Assembly (NCBI GenBank): GCA_038087875.1
Contig: JAXLNO010000043.1
Coordinates: 1-64,000, forward strand
Length of the DNA stretch: 64,000 nt
Direction: 5' to 3'
From: Malacoraja senta
Lineage: Eukaryota
Shown here one piece after another: positions 1 through 11,435 of the stretch. Position numbers and translations under genes: made by a program. A model generated the notes under the pieces. The model had not been told where the DNA came from and ran no database searches. It saw nothing but the letters and a program-made list of their open reading frames with translations. How positions within the stretch are numbered: the first letter of the stretch is position 1; every line of letters starts with the position of its first letter.

Positions 1-323
1 TAGTAAGACCTGAGTGATCTCCTGGACAAGTGTCGATCGCCTGGATTGGGGTCGGAGAGGAATTTCCCGGATTTTTTTCCCGAATTGGACCTGGGTTTTT
101 ATCCGTTTTTTTGCCTCCCCCAGGAGATCACGCGGTTCTTGGGGTGGAGAGGGGTGATAGCGGTATAAAGGGGAGGGTAGTGTCTTGTGTTCTGTGTCTT
201 GTGTCTACTGTTTGTGGGTAGGGGTGTTTGTTTGGTGTTCAGCCATGAGCGAATGGCGGTGCGGGCTCGATGGACCTGGTGGTCTGCTCTCGCACCTACT
301 TTCTATGTTTCTATGTTTCTATG
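1..323 (+). mobile_element. CR1-type LINE 3' UTR fragment ending in (TTTCTATG)n tail
   Basis: Ends CAGCCATGAGCGAATGGCGG...GGGCTCGATGG...CCTACT-TTCTATGTTTCTATGTTTCTATG, the same 3' terminus seen on other CR1 copies here (e.g. 30210-30299). Confidence 0.7.
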
Positions 324-1090
324 TGTCCCCGGTTCGTGTGAGGGTCGGGCACACAAGGTCCGTCCTGTAGGGTTATGGTCCCCACCTAGTTGTGTTAGAG
401 GCCCAGGGGTTTGAGGCCCCGCCTAGTATTGGGGTACAAAGCAATACTGGGAAGGTGCAGTACTCAGCTGGGTAAGTAACAGTGTATACAGTGCTGCCAA
501 CATTGGGTGAGAGGTGAGAGTGAGAAATTGCGAGGGATTGCAGAGACCGGAGGGGGGGGGTGTGGGAGGTGATATCCCCTTTCCCACGGTAGGAAGCTTT
601 TGCATTTTTCAGTTTGAAATTGTGGAATCTGGTGCATACTTTTAACTTACACTTGAATGCAACATTTATGCTTCAAATTGGATTAGGTGTGAATAAGGTT
701 GGACTAAATTACATTCCGAACTACATTCCACAGTACACAACACGTGCATCACATGAACGACCTTAGTATATTCATGTAAGGAAATCAGATTATAATTCAT
801 ATATAGAGCTGTTATGCATATATATAGAGAAACAAAAACATAGAAACAAGGCAAGAAGAGTCAGACTTCCATCACTGATCTGCACAAATAATTCAATCAA
901 CCTTACCCTTTGACTATAGAAACAAGATGAAAATAATGCCACATATTCAACCGTATATGGTTCAATGAAATTAAGATATATATGTAAAACATGTATATGG
1001 AAACAGGCGCTTCGGCCCACCAAGTCGACACCGACCGCAATCTATCATACACCAGTTGTATCCTACATGCCAGGGACAATTTACAGAAGT

Positions 1091-2931
1091 CAAGAAGTTC
1101 AAGTATTGCACCCCCATCAATCTAGCATCCTTTCTCACTAAACAACCGGAGGAACAAGTCAAATCTGGTGATGGCTGCCCATTTGTAATCAGGGTGAATA
1201 CTTCTGTTAGGGAAGATTTAACAGATGTTCCTAAGGTAGACCCTGACCTAACATTATACGTGGATGGAAGTGCATCTATCGGACCCATATGAGAAAGGCT
1301 TCCTGGACATGCTATTGTGAATCAGAATGGGGATACTTTAGCGGCAGCTGCCTTGGAAACACCATTATCTGCCCAACAAGCGGAACTGTTTGCCTTAATA
1401 AGTGCCTGTATCGTAGTGAAGAATTCTAGAATAAATGCTTACACTGACTCTAGATATGCGGTTGGAGTGGTCCATAACTTTGGCCAGTTGTGGAGAAATA
1501 GAGGATTCTTAACTTCCGCGGGAATACAGATATCACACCAGAAATTAGTGTCAGATCTGTTACAAGCATTAATGTTGCCAAAACAAATTTCAGTGATGAA
1601 ATGAAGTGCTCATAGTAAGGGCCGAACCCCGGTAGATATAGGAAATAGTCGTACTGACCAAAAAGCTAAAGAGATATCCCGGGAGCGCAGAGTGGTTGTA
1701 CTAAAGTGATGAGGCAGAGTAAACGTGTAAATAAATACAAGTCTCCCTCGGCAAAGCCAATGCCAACTATCCAAGACATTATTAGGTTACAGGAGGACGT
1801 TCCTGATTAAGATGTAGAATTGTGGAAGCAACTTGGTTGCATAATTGATTGTATATCAGGACTGTGAGTAACCCCAGCAGGACAGACATGTATGTCCAAT
1901 GAACTGGTAATGTAGGTTATTGAATGTGTACACTTTGCAACTCATTGTGGTGCTAAAGCAACTGGCGATACACTATTGGCAACCTGATTGTATCCGAGGT
2001 TGCAAACTCTGGCGCAGAGGATTGGTTGCTGTTGCCTGATCTGTCACAACATAATCCAGGGAAAGGCGTGAGCTGTGGAAGTGGTTAAACACCCTTACCC
2101 ATGGGTCCCTTTGAAAAGGTGTGAAATGTGGAAGTGGAAAACACCCTTATCCATAAGCCCCTTTGGAACCCTCCAGATGGACCACATTGTGTTGGAGAGA
2201 TGTCAGGGATACAAATATGTGTTAGTAATTGTAGAGGTATGTAGCAAGTGGATTGAAGCTAACCCTACACTGGACAACAAAGCCTCTACAGGTGCTAACC
2301 TACTCAGGAGAGAGATTAATCCTAGATATGGAATTCCAATTCGGCTAAGTTCGGTGAACAAATGGGCATGCAGCAGTTGCACTGTGCCTATCGAACTTAT
2401 CGAACGAGGTAATCAGACATTAACAACTAAACTTGCTAAATAGAAATCTGAAACAGGGGCTAGCGGGTTTAAATTACTTCCGTAATTAAATTCCAGCCAC
2501 GCATTATACTAGCAGGAAGAGCAGGATTGAGTCCAGCCACGCCATTATACTAGCAGGAAGAGCAGGATTGTGTCCAGCATAAACCGTGTATGGTCGTCCA
2601 CATCGAACCCCATGGAATGAAAGTACCCCAAAGATAGTTAATTTTCATCATATGACAGTAGAAATGATTGATTATGTTTTATCCTTGACCAGAGTAATGA
2701 GGGATTTGAATTCCAGAGTACGAGCGGCGTATATTGAACTACCACCTTTAGCTACTCCATCTAAGGTTGTAGCTGGTGATTTTGTTATGGTAAATAATTG
2801 GGGAAGAAAGGTTATGGATGCCCGGCGGGAAGGCCCTTATCAGGTTCTCCTTACAACCCCAACTGGTAGAAGGAAACAATGCGTGGCTCCACCGTCACCA
2901 TTGTAAAATTGTCAGTAGTAAGACTTACTAG
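1091..2931 (+). pseudogene. pol: Endogenous retrovirus pol remnant (connection, RNase H, integrase), class I / epsilon-like, with many stops and frameshifts
   Basis: RNase H motifs LYVDGS, SAQQAELFAL, YTDSRYAVGVVHNFGQLWRNRGFLTSAG; integrase LQMDHI..YKYVLVIVE..SKWIEA, PRYGIP, GPYQVLLTTPT and terminal WLHRHHCK (compare WIHASHCK). Confidence 0.9.
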
Positions 2932-3364
2932 TTTTTCCTTTAAGCGACCTTTTAATACAGACTTTGGATTAAAGGTCAAGAATGAAGTGTGCTGACGTGA
3001 TAGATCCAAGAGGATCCACGCCCATGAAAAGCCGCGAGGTGGAAACTCATTGGACGGATCTTAGAATCTACGACAATGAAAAGTCGGGAGGTGGAAACTA
3101 TGGTACCACTTCATCATTATCACGGCTGGACTGCTAAACTATGGACACTTGTCATTTCACCCTGCTTGTAAAGATCACATAGTGAAGTTCTTGATGAGAA
3201 AAGATAGTTATCTTGCAATTTTGAAAGGGGGGAATGTGAATATGCAGTGGTTCGGGTACTTTGGAAAATGGCAAGTATCTGTGAGAGAATGGGCTTATTG
3301 ATAATAACATCACTTTGCAAGGTACTGGAGTCCCATGTGACCCAGCTGGCTTCACTAAGCCGCG

Positions 3365-4110
3365 GATGGAGGAGCCGTGTGATGGAGGGGGTGAGGGAGT
3401 AGGTGATGGAAGTGTGATGGAGGGCCAGAGTGAGGGGAGAGGAGGGAAGGGTGGGGGAGAGGAAGGGGTAGGGGAGGGGTGAGAGGGAGGGGGAGGAGAC
3501 GAAGGTGGAGAGGACGGGCGAGGTAGGGGAGGAAGGGGGGAGTGGGAGGGGGATAGGGAGGGAGTGGATATAGAGGGACGAAGGAGATGGAAGGGAGAGG
3601 GGGAGGAAGTGTGGAATGGAGCCAGGGCAAGAGTATTAGGAAGGGGGAGGGAGAGGGGGAGAGGGATGGGGAGGGGGGAGAGGGATGGTGAGAGGGATCG
3701 GGAGGGGAGGGGGGGAGGGGGAGGGGGGAGAGGGAGGGGGGTGGGATGGGGAGAGGGATGGGGAGAGGGAGGGGTAGAGGGATGGGGAGTGGGAGAGGGA
3801 TGGGGAGAGGGATGTGGAGGGGGAGGGGGAGAGGGATGGGGATGAGGAGGGGGGGAGAGAGGGGAAGAGAGAGTGATAGGGAGAGGAAATGGGAGAGGGT
3901 AAGAGAGGGGTAGTGGTAGATGAAGTGGTAGCGGGAGGGGGAGAAGGGAGGGGGGGAGGGGGAGGGGGGGAGGGGGAGAGAGAGGGAGAGAGGGATGGGG
4001 AGGGGGCAGAGGGATGGGGAGAGGGATGGGGAGAGGGATGGGGAGAGGGAGGGGGAGGGGTAGAGGGAGAGGTATGATCAAAGGAAGGGGCAGCGGAAAG
4101 GGCAGAGGGA
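3365..4110. repeat. Polypurine G/A-rich low-complexity tract with (GGGAGAGGGATG)n-like subrepeats
   Basis: Almost no C over ~750 bp and dense runs of 3 or more G. Confidence 0.95.
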
Positions 4111-4189
4111 TGTTCAGAGGGACAGGAGGCGAGTGGTTGGGTGTCCCCGGCGCCCAGACGTCGGACACAGAAGGGAGAACAAAGGGATT

Positions 4190-4795
4190 CAAGTCAAGTC
4201 AAGTCACATTTATTTATATAGCACGTTTGAAAAACAACGTTTACATTTGTTATATGAATAGCACAACAAAACAAACTACATACATGTATATATGTAGCCC
4301 TCACTCAGAGGACGTCGGGAAAGGCTTGGGAGTATAGATAAGTCTTTAGTCTTGACTTAAAAGAGTCGATGGAGGGGGTAGTTCTGATGGGAAAGGGGAT
4401 GCTGTTGCACAGTCTAGGGGCTTCAACCGCAAAGGCGCGCTCGCCCCTGAGCTTATGCATCGACCGTGGGATATTCAGCAACCCCAAGTCGGCCGATGTG
4501 AGGGGCCTGGAGGTGGAGTAGTGGGTGAGAGGACTTTTTTATGTAGGTGGGGGCAAGCCCATTGACGGCTTTGAAGACATGGAGGAGGATCTTGAAGTTT
4601 GTACGGAGCCAGTGGAGAGAGGCCAAGATCGGGGTGATGTGGTCACTTTTACGGGTGCCCGTCAGGAGTCTCGCTGCGGCGTTTTGGTCCAGTTGCAGGC
4701 GGGACAGGGAAGATTGGCTGATGCCAGTGTAAAGGGAGTTGCAGTAATCTAGGCGGGAGGAGATAAATGCGTGGATGATCTTTTCCAGGTCATCA
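4190..4795 (-). mobile_element. L2-clade LINE 3' fragment (RT C-terminus plus (TTGAC)n tail)
   Basis: Minus-strand LEKIIHAFISSRLDYCNSLY...QNAAARLLTG..DHITPILASLHWL and GERAFAVEAPRLCNSIP..FKSRLKTYLY; tail seen as CAAGTCAAGTCAAGTCA near 4191. Confidence 0.88.
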
Positions 4796-5723
4796 AACTG
4801 GATTCAGTCCTCTGTGAGTTCCGGAGCAACAGCGATACAACGGACACAAGTTTATCCAGTGGGGCTTCTCCACAAACCATCACTGCCCACACACTGGGCA
4901 ATAAGTCGCGGACAAATTGTCACCGCTCGGACTGTGAATCAGTGTGCCGCAGTTTCAATGACAATCGCTGCTTTGGGCGGGACTTGTAGCAGCAGGTAAA
5001 AAACACAGCAGCCTGATTTCCACACAAAGGAAACCTGCAGCGACCCTCCCACAAACCTGCCGCCGTCTCTATTGGCACCCGCCGCCTCAGCTAGAGCGTT
5101 GGGGGCTGGCGCGGAATACACCTGGGCTCAGAACAGAGCGAGTTATACAGCGAGCTGCAGAACAAAGGGAGCAGGGAACAGCACAGCACATAAACATATG
5201 CTGGGAACAAAGAACTACAGACGCTAGTTAATACACACAAGGACACGGGCCAGTTCAACACCTACAACACAGTCCGAGTGCCGCAGCCAGGTCAACGGGC
5301 CGTTAAGGCCAAGATAAAACACTCTACCAAAAATAACTTTGAACATTTAAATACACAAGTTGGCGGCAGAAGCGTGGCGACTATTTGTGCAAGCCTCGGT
5401 GAAGTCTAGTATACTTACACTACAATCGTAGAAACCTAGAAAATAGGTGCAGGAATGGGTCATTAGGCCCTTTGAGCCAGTATCGCTATTCAATATGATC
5501 ATGGCTGATCATCAAAAACCAGTACGCAGTTCCTGCTTGTCCCCCATATCCCTTGACACTTCCCTTGAAATCGTTGCACATTTGTACTGATCTATCCTTG
5601 TGCTTGTCTAGAGTTTGACTTTAAGGATTATATGGAAAGCAAGAATGTCACCGTACCAAAGTGTATGTGACAATAAAGTATAATTGAATCATTGATGTGT
5701 GTTGAGTCGGTAGACTGGTATAT

Positions 5724-6510
5724 ATAGACAATAGACAATAGGTGCAGGAGTAGGCCATTCGGCCCCTCGAGCCAGCACCGCCATTCAATGTGATCATGGC
5801 TGATCATCCACAATCAATACGCCGTTCCTGCCTTCTCCCCATATCCACTGACTCCGCTATCTTTAAGAGCCCTAACTAGCTCTCTCTTGAAAATATCCAG
5901 AGAATCTGCCTCCATCGCCCTCTGAGGTACACAATTCCACAGACTCACCACTCTCTGTGAGAAAAGGTGTTTCCTCGTCTCCGTTCTAAATGGCTTACCC
6001 CTTATTCTTAAACTGTGGCCCCTGGTTCTGGACTCCCCCAACATCGGGAACATGTTTCCTGCCTCTAGTGTGACCAAACCCTTAACAATCTTACATGTTT
6101 CAATAAGATCCCCTCTCGTCCTTCTAAACTCCAGAGTGCACAAGCCCAGCTGCTCCATTCTCTCAGCATGTGACAGTCCCGCCATCCCGGGAATTAACCA
6201 TGTAAACCTACGCTGCACTCCCTCATTAGCAAGAATGTCCTTCCTCAAGTTAGGGGTCCAAAACTGCACACAATACTCCAGGTGTGGTCCCACTAGGGCT
6301 GTGTACAACTGCAGAAGGACCACTTTGCTCCTATATTCGATTCCTCTTGTTATAAAGGCCAACATGCCATTCACTTTCTTCACTGCCTGCTGTACCTGCA
6401 TTCTTAGTTTCATAGACTGGAGTACAAGGACCCCCAGATCCCGTTGTACTACCCCTTTTCCCAACTTGACGCCATTTAGATAGGAATCTGCCTTCCTGGT
6501 TTTGCTACCA
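5724..6510 (-). mobile_element. CR1 LINE, 5'-truncated (RT C-terminus, 3'UTR, (TATTGTC)n tail)
   Basis: ORF 5814-6464: QRDLGV..PHLEYCVQFW..RGDLIE..TRGHSLRI..FSQRVV. Confidence 0.92.
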
Positions 6511-6681
6511 CATCACATCTATAGTCATGGACGCTGCAACTAAGCTAGATGTATATGCCATCGCTGTCACAGATTCCATCAGCAAGTATGGAGAGGACTG
6601 TGGACCACATAATGCGATACGTTTATTCACCAAACGGAAACCATGGATGAACCGTGAGCTCCACTCCCAGGTGAAGCCCAA

Positions 6682-6890
6682 GTTTCGTTTAGTTCAGAGA
6701 TACAGCCCGGAAACAGGCCCTTCGGCCCAGAGAGTTAGCGCTGACCTGCGATCCCGGTGCATTAACATTATCCAATGTACACTGGGGACAATTTACAATG
6801 ATATGAAACCAATTAACTTACAAACTTGTCCGCGTTGGGAGTGTGGGAGGAAACCGGGGCGCGCGGAGAAACCTCCCGCAGGTCACGGAG
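6682..6890 (-). mobile_element. V-SINE (HE1-like) fragment
   Basis: TGTGGGAGGAAACCGGGGCGCGCGGAGAAACCTCCCGCAGGTCACGG is the reverse complement of the V-SINE central domain; GGAAACAGGCCCTTCGGCCCA 3' part with short-repeat tail. Related pieces at ~970-1090, ~31835-32006 and ~50395-50520. Confidence 0.7.
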
Positions 6891-7060
6891 CGCAGGAGGA
6901 TGAGGGGTGCTATTATAGAGGCGTACAAGATCATGAGAGGAATAGATAGGGTATATGTACAGATTTTCCTCCAGAGTCAGGGATTAAACCAGAGGACATG
7001 TTTCAATGTGAGGGGTGAGAGATTGAATCGGAACCTGAGCGGTAAATTATTTAAACAGAG

Positions 7061-8592
7061 CATAGATACATAGATACATAGAAAATAGGTGCAGGAGTAG
7101 GCCATTCGGCCCTTCGAGCCTGCACCGCCATTCAATATGATCATGGCTGATCATCCAACTCAGTATCCCGTACCTGCCTTCTCTCCATACCCCCTGATCC
7201 CTTTAGCCACAAGGGCCACATCTAACTCCCTCTTAAATATAGCCAATGAACTGGCCTTAACTACCCTCTGTGGCAGAGAGATCCAGAGATTCACCACTCT
7301 CTGTGTGAAAAAGTTTTTCCTCATCTCGGTCTTAAAGGATTTCCCCCTTATCCTTAAGCTGTGACCCCTTGTCCCGGACTTCCCCAACATCGGGAACAAT
7401 CTTCCTGCATCTAGCCTGTCCCAACCACATAAGAATTGTGTACGTTTCTATAAGATCCCCTCTCAATCTCCTAAATTCTAGCGAGTATAAGCCAAGTCTA
7501 TCCAGTCTTTCTTCATATGAAAGTCCTGACATCCCAGGAATCAGTCTGGTGAACCTTCTCTGCACTCCCTCTATGGCTATAATGTCCTTCCTCAGATTTG
7601 GAGACCAAAACTGTACGCAATACTCCAGGTGTGGTCTCACCAAGACCCTGTACAACTGCAGTAGGACCTCTCTGCTCCTATACTCAAATCCTTTTGCTAT
7701 GAAAGCTAACATACCATTCGCTTTCTTCACTGCCTGCTGCACCTGCATGCCTACTTTCAATGACTGGTGTACCATGACACCCAGGTCTCGCTGCATCTCC
7801 CCATTTCCTAATCGGCCACCATTTAGATAATAGTCTGCTTTCCTGTTTTTGCCACCAAAGTGGATAACCTCACATTTATCCACATTATACTGCATCTGCC
7901 AAACCTTTGCCCACTCACCCAGCCTATCCAAGTCACCTTGCAGTCTCCTAGCATCCTCCTCACAGCTAACACTGCCCCCCCAGCTTAGTGTCATCCGCAA
8001 ACTTGGAGATGTTGTCTTCAATTCCCTCATCCAGTTCATTAATATAAATTGTAAATAGCTGGGGTCCCAGCACTGAGCCTTGCGGTACCCCACTAGTCAC
8101 TGCCTGCCATTGTGAAAAGGGCACGTTTACTCCTACTCTTTGCTTCCTGTTTGCTAGCCAGTTCTCTATCCACATCAATACTGAACCTCCAATACCGTGT
8201 GCTTTAAGTTTGTATACTAATCTCTTATGTGGTACCTTGTCGAAAGCCTTCTGAAAGTCCAGATACAACACATCCACTGGTTCTCCCCTATCCACTCTAC
8301 TAGTTCCATCCTCGAAAAATTCTATAAGATTCGTCAGACACGATTTACCTTTCGTAAACCCATGCTGACTTTGTCCAATGATTTCACCACTTTCCAAATG
8401 TGCTGCTATCCCATCTTTAATAACTGACTCTAGCTGTTTCCCCACTACCGATGTTAGACTAACTGGCCTGTAATTCCCCGTTTTCTCTCTCCCTCCCTTC
8501 TTAAAAAGTGTGGTTACGTTTGCTACCCTCCAATCGTCATGAACTACTCCAGAATCTAAAGAGTTTTGAAAAATTATCACTAATGCATCCAT
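7061..8592 (-). mobile_element. Young CR1 (HER1-like) LINE, 5'-truncated, nested in an older CR1 3' fragment (~6890-7060 and ~8593-8790)
   Basis: RT motifs [41 protein letters not shown]; two frameshifts; (CTATGTAT)n tail; the flanks rejoin into an older CR1 3' end. Confidence 0.93.
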
Positions 8593-8814
8593 GGTAGGTG
8601 TATGGATCGAGCTACTGGATGAGATAGACGAGGCAGGTGCTATGACAATATATAAGAAACATTTACAGATGTACATAGATGGAGGGGTATTGCCTTAATC
8701 TGATAGGTGTGCCTAGCGTCGATGATGCTTGTTGCTCAGCAGAGGCAAACTGGGTGGAATGGCCTCTTTGCGCGCTGTATGCCTCTCTGTCCCTTCTGAG
8801 TATATCCTTCCTGC

Positions 8815-8958
8815 ATCCTCCTCCTCCTCCTCCTCCTCCTCCTTCTCCTCCTCCTCCTCTTCCTCTTCCTCCTCGTCCTCCTCTTCCTCCTCCTCTTCCT
8901 CTTCCTCTTCCTCTTCCTCTTCCGCTTCCTCTTCATCTTCCTCTTCCTCCTCCTCCTT
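8815..8958. repeat. (CCT)n/(CCTCTT)n polypyrimidine microsatellite
   Basis: Seen directly. Confidence 0.95.
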
Positions 8959-9929
8959 CTTTGTCAGAAGCTCGGCAATTACTTCAGTCTCCTGAATATT
9001 ATCAGCAGGTTTACTGTGTTGGTCATCCTATCCCCTCTCGTCGGCTTCTCTTTACACTTGTCCAACAGTTCATCTGTTGTTAAAAAACAATCATTACCTT
9101 CCCTTGTTTATCAACATGGTCCCCAATCTTCATCGTCTCCAGTCTCCGCCATAGACCGAACTGATCATGGTTGTTACTCACCACAGATCATTATGTTTGG
9201 CCAGCTTTGGTGAGGTCTATGACTCTCATGGATACATGGGTACAGTGTAAATCTTTGTATTGCATGCTATCCAAACGTTTCACATATATCATATGTAGAT
9301 ACAAACAGTTCAAACTTGTACAATGGATAGAGCAAATACGAAGAAACAGAATGCAGACTATAATTCGAGCTACGGAATTACATGCTGAATATCGTTCTTA
9401 ATTCTCATCAAACCCTGATTTATCCGTAAATGTGTAAGAATGAACAACATCTGCGCAAAGCGCATTGCGGAATTCTGGTCTATCTTTGTCCTAAGAAACG
9501 GACATTCACAGTTGTAGAATTCGAGCTTTTTGTAAAAACACAAAAGATTCATTCAAGCAGATGCAGAAACTTTTATTTAACTGTTCTGAAGCGCACAGCT
9601 AGAGCGACAGATGATGCAATACTGATCTCACCTTTGAGACCTCCCACTGGCTTGGCGGAGTTGTAAACAATTAAGATGCGAGGCACATTAGGTTTCAGGT
9701 ACAGGTTTAGGATTATGATTATTATTGTGAAATATACAGAGATAGAGTGGGAAATAAACTGTGTTTGCATGTTATCCAGGCAACCAGATATTCTGTGCAT
9801 AGGTACAATCATTTCAAACTCACGTATAACAGATAGAGCAAAGGAGAAGATACAGTGTGCAGAATATAGTTTCAGCAATGTAGCGCATCAGCTCCAGAGA
9901 CTAAGTCCAATGTCATCAAAGGGGACATG

Positions 9930-10445
9930 TGAATTCAACAGCACCATATCTTATGGAAGGACCATTAAGCATCCCGATAACCGACGGGAAGAAGCTACGA
10001 CAGCCCTTTGATAGTATTAACACAAAGGGGAAGCTGTCAACCATTTCCACTTCTGCACCAGTGATGCTGATTGAGCATGTCCTGCACCATGCTTCCTGAA
10101 GTTAATAACTAGCTTCATCGTCCTGCTGACATTGAGGGGAAGATTATTGTCCTGGCACCATGTATCTTAGTTCTCTATCTACCTCCTGTACTCCATATTG
10201 TCATTATTCTCCATGTGACCCAACACAATAGGGTTGTGAGCAAACCTGTAGATGTCATTAAAGCCAAATGTGTCCCTACAGTCGAGAGTGTAAAGGGAGT
10301 ATAGATGGAGGCCAAGAACACATCCTTGCAGGGAACCGATGTGGAGAGTGATTATGGAGGAGATGCTGTCCCCTATCCTCACTGACTGAGGTCCGGGGCA
10401 TTGGGGCCTTGGAAGCAGTGACAGAGGTAGAGCAGATTCCGAGGT
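9930..10445 (-). mobile_element. Decayed Rex1/Babar LINE RT fragment. Further Rex1 pieces at ~13880-14490(-), ~17150-17940(-), ~19980-20330(+), ~27300-27900(+), ~30480-31460(+), ~62170-62700(+), ~62995-63235(+), ~63600-64000(+)
   Basis: SVRIGDSISSIITLHIGSLQGCVLGLHLYSLYTLDC..IYRFA..NNDNMEYRR matches the Rex1 RT pattern (GAPQGCVLSPLLFTLYTHDC..KFADD..NNDE). Confidence 0.75.
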
Positions 10446-11310
10446 CCCGTGGTTTGGAGATAACAGCCATTCTTCTCCCAGCAGACACAGGTACACACGG
10501 TTACACGCACAATGCCAAGCTCAAGTCTGTTTGACAATTCAATATCATAATTACAAACTGTTTTTGATTCCTTATTGACTTCCACTCAGGTCTCATCAGC
10601 GTTGGTTTCCCTATTTGTCACAAATACCTTCGCCCCAACCCTGTTTACATTTCATTAATGGTCATTCTTGTTTTCTGTAGATTAAAGATATATCTGCGAG
10701 AATATTTTACATCTGACTTCAGTCACTCCAAGGTGAATTCTTATTCTGAACGATGATCCTAATGTGATCATCCATATGCGGGCTGTAATTCTCTCAAAAT
10801 CTATCCTGCAAAGGCCTCGCAGAAGTCCCGATGTCGAGGTCAATACATTCATTTGTTGTTCTTACGAACTGCACAGAATGGATGAACTGGTCAATTGTTC
10901 ACCTTTGAGAGCCACTTGATGCGACGGATACGTCTCGAATTCTGTCTCTGCCCCGAGTCGAATGTAAGTATCGCTTTCCTGAATAACGATAGTGCCAGGG
11001 CATAATATTCTGCAGACTAAGTGCTGATAGATGGGATTTAGTAATTGGACAGCAGACACACACACAGTGTTTCGGCCTATTTCTCTGCTGTGTGACTCAA
11101 TGACTATTGGTCCAGTGTGTGCACGTTTCTCCACACGTGGCATCACCGTCAGTATTTATAGCCGGGTTCACCACTATGTCCTTGTGTGGGCAACTCGACA
11201 GTGGCAATAGGTATTTAAGAAGGAACTGCAGATGCTGGAAAATCGAAGGCACCCAAAAATGCTGGAGAAACTCAGCGGGTGTAGCAGCATCTATGGAGCG
11301 AAGGAAATAG

Positions 11311-11340
11311 GCAACGTTTCGGGCCGAAACCCTTCTTCAG
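11311..11340 (-). ncRNA. Minimal type I hammerhead ribozyme-like motif in the PLE terminal repeat
   Basis: Minus strand CUGAAGA-A-GGGU(UUCG)GCCC-GAAACGUU: catalytic core boxes, stem II and palindromic AACGUU stem III; stem I is weak. Confidence 0.6.
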
Positions 11341-11435
11341 AATGATGGGGGGTGGGGAGAAGAAAGGAAAAAGGCGGAGGAGCCCGAGGGCTGAGGGATG
11401 GGAGGAGACAGCCCGAGGCTTGAGGAAGGGGAGGG

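Noticed and set aside
3152..4337. 346-aa Pro-rich ORF and Gly-rich ORFs
   Set aside because: Translation artefacts of the G/A low-complexity tract.
8679..9083. Poly-Pro, poly-Ser and poly-Arg ORFs
   Set aside because: Translations of the (CCT)n microsatellite.
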